From assembly GCA_003345545.1 (NCBI GenBank), contig PRDH01000035.1:1-64000 (forward strand): a stretch of 64,000 nucleotides of DNA, given 5' to 3'. Numbering within the stretch: position 1 is the first letter of the stretch; the number at the start of each line of letters is the position of its first letter. The DNA is from Candidatus Thorarchaeota archaeon. Lineage in GTDB: Archaea; Asgardarchaeota; Thorarchaeia; Thorarchaeales; Thorarchaeaceae. Below the pieces are notes generated by a model that made no database searches, was not told the DNA's origin, and was given only the letters and a program-made list of their open reading frames with translations. Below are positions 57,889-64,000 of the stretch, piece by piece. The position numbers and the translations under genes were made by a program.

Positions 57889-58782
57889 CTACAGGTGTTT
57901 TCTCAGTAATGTTAGTGCCTGTTTCTTCGGAGATGCGCCTAGTCGATCAGCTAGTGACCCTACAAGACTAGCCAGCTCACCACTAATGAGCGGAAGATGA
58001 ACCTTCATCGTCTGTTCTCTGCATAATTCAGAAACAATGCAGTCCACCGCAGATGATTCGGAACAATCAGGCCCAACCACTATCAGCCCTACAGCAGCTG
58101 TATCATTGAGCCTCTCGATACTAGTGGCAATCCTTGCTGTTCCATTGACCGAATAGGTCTTGAGCGTCCTTCTACTGCATGCAAAATCAAAGGCATTCCA
58201 TACAAGAGAATTAGACTGCCCTATCGCTTCTCTCTGTGCCCAGATCAACTGCTTTGTTCCCTCCATGTTCGGCTCTTTGTCCCACTTCGCCTCATTTGGC
58301 TGAATCACGTTGCTTTCGCCGCACTCGAGAACATAACTCCGCATTGCCCCAATGGGCTCAAAATTCATGCTTGCTAGAGTTCTCATTGTCCATGAGTCTA
58401 GCGCTAGACTCACTGGAAAGCCTATTCCTGTCCGTTGTGGCCCGTCTGCCACGAGGGCATCGACATCCCGTATGGCAACGGTTCTCAAGAAGGGAAGAGA
58501 GGTTTTGATAATGTGAAATGCACTGGTTTTTCTGAATTTCTTCAGCACTGCCGCTGAACTCAGAACCATTCCCAAGCGATTCCTGTCTCGATATATTGCG
58601 GTTCCACCAATAACCTCATCATTAATGCTTGAAACGAATGCAATCGTATCAGGAAGTCCAAGGTAGCTCACAGCAAGGCTCCGATTTGCATAGCCGTGTT
58701 CGGTAGTTTGATTGACAAGGTCTAGCCATGTGTCAGTTTCATCTCTGCGAAGCCGTCTGTTGAACATGACTGGTGCGCTCAT
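57889..58782 (-). CDS. Hypothetical protein, possibly GNAT-like fold
   Basis: 297-aa ORF with SD gaggc. The FVSSINDEVIGG segment is only weakly suggestive of GNAT. Confidence 0.65.
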   Translation of the reverse strand: MSAPVMFNRRLRRDETDTWLDLVNQTTEHGYANRSLAVSYLGLPDTIAFVSSINDEVIGGTAIYRDRNRLGMVLSSAAVLKKFRKTSAFHIIKTSLPFLRTVAIRDVDALVADGPQRTGIGFPVSLALDSWTMRTLASMNFEPIGAMRSYVLECGESNVIQPNEAKWDKEPNMEGTKQLIWAQREAIGQSNSLVWNAFDFACSRRTLKTYSVNGTARIATSIERLNDTAAVGLIVVGPDCSESSAVDCIVSELCREQTMKVHLPLISGELASLVGSLADRLGASPKKQALTLLRKHL

Positions 58783-59008
58783 TGGCTGCTCCTCTTCTCT
58801 TACTGCTCATACGTCTAAAGTATGGGTTATTCCATCTCGGACTTACTTCACGACGACTGTTCTGTCCGGTTTGAAAGGCGTATTGGCTGTAAGTTCGGTC
58901 ATGCTCAACTATAGGCTCTTCCACTTAAGTCATACTCCAACCGAACATCTTATCTTGTTGTTTTTGTAGAAGGGTTTATTCATCTCTAATACGAAGAGGG
59001 AGGGCCCT

Positions 59009-59998
59009 ATGCAATCACTAGTATTGACCTCAGACGGTTTGCAGATTGCTGACACGCCAATTCCTGCCCTCATGCCTGGCGATGTGAGAATAGAAGTTCG
59101 CTCCGTGGGCATTTGCGAAACTGATTTGGCAATCTGGAAGGGTGATTATGAAACGAGTCTCCCGGTTATCCTTGGACATGAGATTGCAGGAGTTGTTCAC
59201 GAGAGTTCTTCTCCTGACTTTGAAGCAGGGACTCCTGTGACAACTGAGATTGACATCCCTTGCGGCAGATGTTGGTTCTGCAGGAGTGGGCACAGACACC
59301 TATGTGCATCCAAGGAGGTAATCGGCCTCACATGCGATGGAGGGCTCTCTGAATATCTCTGTGTGCCCGTTGACTTGCTGCATGTATTGCCGGGAGAGGT
59401 GGACGCCACATCAGCTACATTTGTTGAGCCCTTGGCCTCTGCGATTGCCACGGAGCGACAGGCACATGCAGAGGTGAATGAACCTGTAGTCATATTCGGA
59501 AGCGGAAAGCTTGCTCTCCTACTTGCACAGGTCTACGATATATGCGGCGCTGATGTCCATATTGTCGGCCATAATCGATGGCAGTTAGGCCTAGCGAAAC
59601 AACTTGGCCTTCGGAATACGCATGATACTGATTCCGGGAATTGGCGCAATGATATTCTCAAAGCAACAAATGGAATCGGGCCGAGAATAGCAATCGAGGC
59701 GACAGGCAATACTGATGGCATCAATATGGCGCTGGGCATTGTGAGAAATGGCGGCATTGTAGCCTTGAAGAGCATGCATGGATGTGAGTATCCAATCAAC
59801 CCATCTGACATTGTCAACAGAGAGCTGACAGTCTTTGGGACCAGCCGAGGGCCGTTCGAGAAAGCAATCGAATACCTCGCACAGGGTCGTATCGAGGTCA
59901 AGCGCCTTGTTTCAAAAGAGTTCAAACTTGAGGATGGCAACAAGGCATTTGAGTTCGCATCTCAACCATCTGTGACGAAGGTAGTCATCAACCTCTGA
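59009..59998 (+). CDS. Zn-dependent medium-chain alcohol dehydrogenase
   Basis: GICETD, GHEIAG, CGRCWFCRSG..LC, EPLA and GSGKLA. Confidence 0.93.
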   Translation: MQSLVLTSDGLQIADTPIPALMPGDVRIEVRSVGICETDLAIWKGDYETSLPVILGHEIAGVVHESSSPDFEAGTPVTTEIDIPCGRCWFCRSGHRHLCASKEVIGLTCDGGLSEYLCVPVDLLHVLPGEVDATSATFVEPLASAIATERQAHAEVNEPVVIFGSGKLALLLAQVYDICGADVHIVGHNRWQLGLAKQLGLRNTHDTDSGNWRNDILKATNGIGPRIAIEATGNTDGINMALGIVRNGGIVALKSMHGCEYPINPSDIVNRELTVFGTSRGPFEKAIEYLAQGRIEVKRLVSKEFKLEDGNKAFEFASQPSVTKVVINL

Positions 59999-60009
59999 GG
60001 ATATCAGTC

Positions 60010-61287
60010 ATGCCTCTCTTTGATGCGGATCTCCATATACACTCTCTTCACTCCATCGGCGTAAGCAACGCTATGACTGTTCCTCGAATCGCCCAAGGAG
60101 CGAAGGAGAAGGGGCTTCATCTGCTGGGAACGGGGGACGCAACGCAGCCTCAGTGGTTGAAGCATCTTCGAACTCACCTGAAGCAAGAGGGTGATGTCTA
60201 CACGTTTGATGCCATTGCGTTTGTTCCTACAGTTGAGATTGAGGATTTCGAGTCAATCCATCATGTGGTCATTCTGCCCAACTTCGATGCAGTAGAGAAT
60301 CTACGAATAGCGACTAAGCCACATTCGCCCAATCTCAACACTGAATGGGGAGGGAGACCCCGAGTGAATCTGGGCGGTGCTGAACTAGCTGGGCTCGTAC
60401 GAGACGCTGAGGGAATGATAGGACCTGCTCATGCCTTCACGCCTTTCAAGTCCATATTTCGGGAGAGTAGGCACTCGACTCTACAGACCTGCTATGGTGA
60501 CGAAGCAAGCAACATACACTTCATTGAGTTAGGTCTCTCTGCTGACTCTGAGATTGCTGATTGCATCCCTGAACTGCGGGGTCTCACATATTTGACCTCG
60601 AGCGATGCGCACTCTCCGGGTCCTGATAAGTTGGGAAGAGAGTTCACACGATTCGAGATGGAGTCATGTTCATTCGAAGAACTTCGATATGCGATAAGAC
60701 GTGAAAGAGGCCGAAAGGCTGTTCTGAATGTTGGCTTAAATCCGCGTCTTGGCAAGTATTACTTGTCGTTCTGTTCCAAGTGCCGCCGAACACTTGTGAT
60801 TAATGAGGGCGATGGAGCCCCCAAGTTCGACGATCTCAATATCTATGTTAATTGTGCCGACAATGCAGAGAAGGATAGAATCCTTCATGATATTCATCTG
60901 CGAAAGGTGCGCTGTCCAGCTGATGGCAGACCTCTTCGATTGGGAGTGCGAGACCGTGCCCTAGAAATTGGTGAGGGAGTTTCGAAATCTCCCGATCACC
61001 GTCCTCGCTATCTCCATATCGCTCCGTTGCTCGATATTATAGCATACGCCCTTGAAATCAAGTCCTCCTCCTCAAGAGCCGCAGGCACGTTATACTACAA
61101 GATGAGAACGAGTTTTGGATCCGAAACCTCTGTTCTCACAAATACTCCTATAGAAAGTCTACGAGAAGTCAGTGACAGAGTTGCACAGATGATACAAGCA
61201 TACCGCGATGGCACTGCCTGTTATATGGCCGGAGGCGGTGGTCGATATGGCAGACTCATCCCTCCATGGGAGTGTGAAGCTGAATGA
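60010..61287 (+). CDS. Endonuclease Q family (TIGR00375, PHP domain plus Zn ribbon)
   Basis: DADLHIHS, GTGD, GPAHAFTP, ELGLSAD, SDAHS...KLGREF, LGKY..CSKC...LGVRDR and GGGGRYG. Confidence 0.92.
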   Translation: MPLFDADLHIHSLHSIGVSNAMTVPRIAQGAKEKGLHLLGTGDATQPQWLKHLRTHLKQEGDVYTFDAIAFVPTVEIEDFESIHHVVILPNFDAVENLRIATKPHSPNLNTEWGGRPRVNLGGAELAGLVRDAEGMIGPAHAFTPFKSIFRESRHSTLQTCYGDEASNIHFIELGLSADSEIADCIPELRGLTYLTSSDAHSPGPDKLGREFTRFEMESCSFEELRYAIRRERGRKAVLNVGLNPRLGKYYLSFCSKCRRTLVINEGDGAPKFDDLNIYVNCADNAEKDRILHDIHLRKVRCPADGRPLRLGVRDRALEIGEGVSKSPDHRPRYLHIAPLLDIIAYALEIKSSSSRAAGTLYYKMRTSFGSETSVLTNTPIESLREVSDRVAQMIQAYRDGTACYMAGGGGRYGRLIPPWECEAE

Positions 61288-61592
61288 CGGTCATCAAAGG
61301 TGTGATACGTGAAATCGGACGTAGTCATACGACTCGTGTAAGTTCTCAGCAATGGTACGGTTCGACTGATATTGTGGTCCAGGATGAGTCTACAGGGAAG
61401 ACCTATACCGTACGCATTTCAGCAAGCGTAATGGACAAGCATCGATTTCTTCCCCGAGTGGGCATGAAGGTAGTGGTTCACGGCTATGTGGAAAAAGCAG
61501 AATTTGGTCTGTCCGACTTTATGGTCACAAGGGTCACAGACATCCACCACGAGGGCGCTGGAATCAAGAGAATCTACAAACTGGATGAGTAG
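61284..61592 (+). CDS. Single OB-fold protein
   Basis: IKGVI...VVQDESTG...VGMKVVVHGYV pattern; ATGA overlap with the EndoQ gene. Confidence 0.72.
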   Translation: MTVIKGVIREIGRSHTTRVSSQQWYGSTDIVVQDESTGKTYTVRISASVMDKHRFLPRVGMKVVVHGYVEKAEFGLSDFMVTRVTDIHHEGAGIKRIYKLDE

Positions 61593-61595
61593 CTG

Positions 61596-61895
61596 TCATC
61601 TCTTGTTTCTGATTAGAAATGAAGGAGCAAGAATCCATTCCGATTTGCATCTTGGGCATTTGGTCGGCGCTTTTGCCGAGCCCTTTACCTTGAATACGTA
61701 TTGACACTTGCCACAGCTTGCTGGCTTGACAAGGACTTCCTTGCCCTGATTCTTTACTGAACGTGCGATATGATCGATGTCATCATAGACAATTGATCTC
61801 TTTTCCAGATCCAATATGTCGCGGATTTCCTGAGCAGTCATTGGCTGTTCTGCGGACTCCAGAAGTCTGGTGATCTCTTCCCTTCTCGTGAGCAT
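61596..61895 (-). CDS. HTH and Zn-ribbon transcriptional regulator (COG3357-like)
   Basis: TRREEI..LL, VYDDIDHIARS, PASCGKCQYVF and KCPRCKSEWI. Confidence 0.9.
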   Translation of the reverse strand: MLTRREEITRLLESAEQPMTAQEIRDILDLEKRSIVYDDIDHIARSVKNQGKEVLVKPASCGKCQYVFKVKGSAKAPTKCPRCKSEWILAPSFLIRNKR

Positions 61896-61915
61896 GATAT
61901 AGAGGGAGTTGCTGT

Positions 61916-62002
61916 TGTACATCAAATACTTTCTTGTTAGTATACCAACGACACTGTACAAGTCATTGTACAGGCTGTACAAAACGTAGAGTCATATGTA
62001 TA
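61916..62002. promoter_or_regulatory. Cluster of TGTACA palindromes in a divergent promoter region
   Basis: TGTACA at 61916, 61955, 61967 and 61976; TGTATA at 61997. Confidence 0.5.
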
Positions 62003-62031
62003 CGGGTAACATACATACTGAGGCAAAATAA

Positions 62032-62760
62032 TTGAAGAGCTACGAAACTGGGCTATCAAGCAAAGTTCTTGCCTCGGTGTTGGTTGCAGTCATCATCACT
62101 ACTGGCGTTTTCATTATTGCAGTGAATCTTCCTGGCAATGGTGGTAATAACACAACGACCACGCCGACAAATCCCGTTGCAGGACTTGGTTCGAAAGCTG
62201 CACTGTACCTCAATTCGATGAGGGATAATGTTGTCTTCTATTGGATGTGTAACTCAACCCTTGTGAACATGAATCTCTCAGACTACTATGATGCGGTTCA
62301 TCCTGGAGCATTTGTCGACGCAGTCTACATGACCGATAATGAAACGGGCGGCGAGATCACCGTCCTATTCTCGCCATTCTTTGACAACATTGTGGGTAGG
62401 GGAGTACTCACTGAAACCGAGTGGAATGCCCTAAGTGGTACAATTATTGATGATGGAATTGGTCAGATGGAGCAGGCAACTAGTTTCCCAACTGGTTATT
62501 ATCCACACACTTGGCCCATTGATTTCTATATGACTGCCTACTTCAATGATGATACGTGCTTTACTGTTGGATTTACCAGATCTGACGGATTCGTGTACAT
62601 CGTAAACGGCACGTGGAGCGGCGACTTTGAAGATAGAATTGTTCCACCAGTGCTTTCGTGGGGGACTGGCTATTGGCTTGATGACAATGGCCATTTCGCT
62701 GTACCGCTTCAGAATCTCTACACTGCGATTACAACGACAGTGCCTTATCCGGGCGCATGA
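62032..62760 (+). CDS. N-terminally anchored extracellular protein
   Basis: TM helix, Gly/Asn/Thr linker and an acidic aromatic-rich domain. Confidence 0.78.
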   Translation: MKSYETGLSSKVLASVLVAVIITTGVFIIAVNLPGNGGNNTTTTPTNPVAGLGSKAALYLNSMRDNVVFYWMCNSTLVNMNLSDYYDAVHPGAFVDAVYMTDNETGGEITVLFSPFFDNIVGRGVLTETEWNALSGTIIDDGIGQMEQATSFPTGYYPHTWPIDFYMTAYFNDDTCFTVGFTRSDGFVYIVNGTWSGDFEDRIVPPVLSWGTGYWLDDNGHFAVPLQNLYTAITTTVPYPGA

Positions 62761-62761
62761 T

Positions 62762-62792
62762 GATGGGCTTTTGCGCCCATCTACTTTATTTT
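62762..62792 (+). terminator. Hairpin and T-rich tract
   Basis: gatgggc-ttttgc-gcccatc-tactttatttt directly after the stop. Confidence 0.6.
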
Positions 62793-62844
62793 ATGTCGAG
62801 TTACATACAGGAGGACAGAACAGATATTTCGTGGTGGTTAGATT

Positions 62845-63291
62845 GTGAGCGCAGAATCTGACAAGGACATTGTAGACAAGCTCCTGAAGGGACGAACGAT
62901 GAGCGTCTACGCCCTTCTTCTCTCTCAAGGACAGATGGGTGTCCGAGACATTCAGAGGGCTCTCGGATTCTCCAGTCCCAGTCTGGCTCTTCACCATCTC
63001 ACAAAACTCTCAGAACTTGATCTTGTCAAGAAGGACGAGTCTGGTAACTATTCCATCTCCAAGACTATTCGTGTGGGCTCTCTCTCTCTGTTCGTCAAGT
63101 TAGGAACTAGGCTTGTTCCGAGGTTCTTGTTCCTAGGAACACTGTTCGTAGCCATGCTCATTCTCTACGGAGTATTCTTCTTCTCGTGGCCACCCAGCGG
63201 GAAAGATTTCATGTATATCGCTTTGAGTGTGATTGCCATCCTAGTGCTATTCCACGAGACTAGGCGAATTTGGCTTCTCAAGCCATTCTAA
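62845..63291 (+). CDS. Winged-HTH regulator with two C-terminal TM helices
   Basis: LKGRTMSVY..LL, GVRDIQRALGFSSPSLALHHLTKL; two TM segments. Confidence 0.85.
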   Translation: MSAESDKDIVDKLLKGRTMSVYALLLSQGQMGVRDIQRALGFSSPSLALHHLTKLSELDLVKKDESGNYSISKTIRVGSLSLFVKLGTRLVPRFLFLGTLFVAMLILYGVFFFSWPPSGKDFMYIALSVIAILVLFHETRRIWLLKPF

Positions 63292-63387
63292 ACACTCGGC
63301 AGCTGTGAGAGATAGATATAGCTCCAAATCCTTAGAAGGATATGTTACAGTTCCCATGTTGATAAAGGCGCTCTCAGTTGATCTCCA

Positions 63388-64000
63388 ATGCCTCAGACAA
63401 AGCTAGTTCCTACATCGGAAGTTCCAATGCAGGCATCCTATGATGAGCGGGTGTGCTCGAGGTGTATGGGGCACAGAGCGCTTTGTGGTGTCCGACCCTG
63501 CCCTTTGCTGATGCGTGCGAAGGCTCTTGCTCAGATTGATGATGCCTTCAAAGGAAACGAACTAGTCGGCGCTTCACCTCCTTCTCTATTCATAGGTGAA
63601 ACTGGTTATCCCAAGGTGCTGGCAGGGCCGCTAGTTCCTCCTGTGCGGGTTGATGAGGCTCCACTCATGGAGCGACCTGATCTGTGGCTCGACAGGACCA
63701 TTGATGAGATTCTGGCACTCCGATTCAGTCTTGTACGAACGAAGAAACTCATGCCTGTGGATGCTGCAGTGGATCCTCCTCGAGACCTCGCAGAAACACA
63801 GACTCTTGCGCTGTCGGAGACCGCTCTTAATTCTGAGGCAACACTGTTGAAGAAGCCATCCTTCACGACAGTCTTTTCTGACAGGACTCTGCCCATCGGC
63901 CCTTCAGCGCCACTTGATATCTTCAGGCTTGAGGATGAACCTAGAGTGCCAAGGGTAGTAGATAAGGTCACATCAGATACAGATCTTAAGGCCGTAGGCG
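63388..64000 (+). CDS. nreA: Nre family DNA repair protein, 3' truncated by the window edge (absent from the ORF track)
   Basis: Manual translation: CSRCMGHRALCGVRPCPL, GASPPSLFIGETGYPKVLAGPLVPP, ERPDLW and PIGPSAPL. Confidence 0.9.
   Translation, partial: MPQTKLVPTSEVPMQASYDERVCSRCMGHRALCGVRPCPLLMRAKALAQIDDAFKGNELVGASPPSLFIGETGYPKVLAGPLVPPVRVDEAPLMERPDLWLDRTIDEILALRFSLVRTKKLMPVDAAVDPPRDLAETQTLALSETALNSEATLLKKPSFTTVFSDRTLPIGPSAPLDIFRLEDEPRVPRVVDKVTSDTDLKAVG

Overview
Gene-dense archaeal chromosomal segment of roughly 50% GC, most consistent with an Asgard archaeon, probably Thorarchaeia. This is inferred from the arrestin-fold, PRMT-like, double-HTH Lrp, TPR and Zn-ribbon proteins and the C-terminally anchored surface proteins. 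The window runs from the 3' part of metG to the 5' part of nreA. It is rich in DNA repair and nucleotide-pool genes: a tightly coupled uvrB-uvrA-uvrA operon with two full-length, diverged UvrA paralogs followed by a TPR/Cys4 protein and uvrC, an inactive RadA-like protein with a PIP-like tail, RecJ/Cdc45, a Ski2-like helicase, a beta-CASP nuclease, EndoQ with an OB-fold partner, Nudix and MazG-like enzymes. The first 8 kb is a variable region. It contains a 470-bp diverged direct repeat made of the metG 3' end, a hairpin and a Zn-ribbon tail, a long intergenic hairpin, and a ~1 kb bacterial-type insertion bounded by a 21-bp direct repeat inside a palindrome. Five membrane proteins, with four unrelated N-terminal architectures, share a related C-terminal CxxC...VxCxNC Zn ribbon; two of them appear to begin with ACG where a paralog has ATG. 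No rRNA, tRNA, CRISPR array or transposase was recognised. All family assignments are from motif recognition by eye; no database searches were run.
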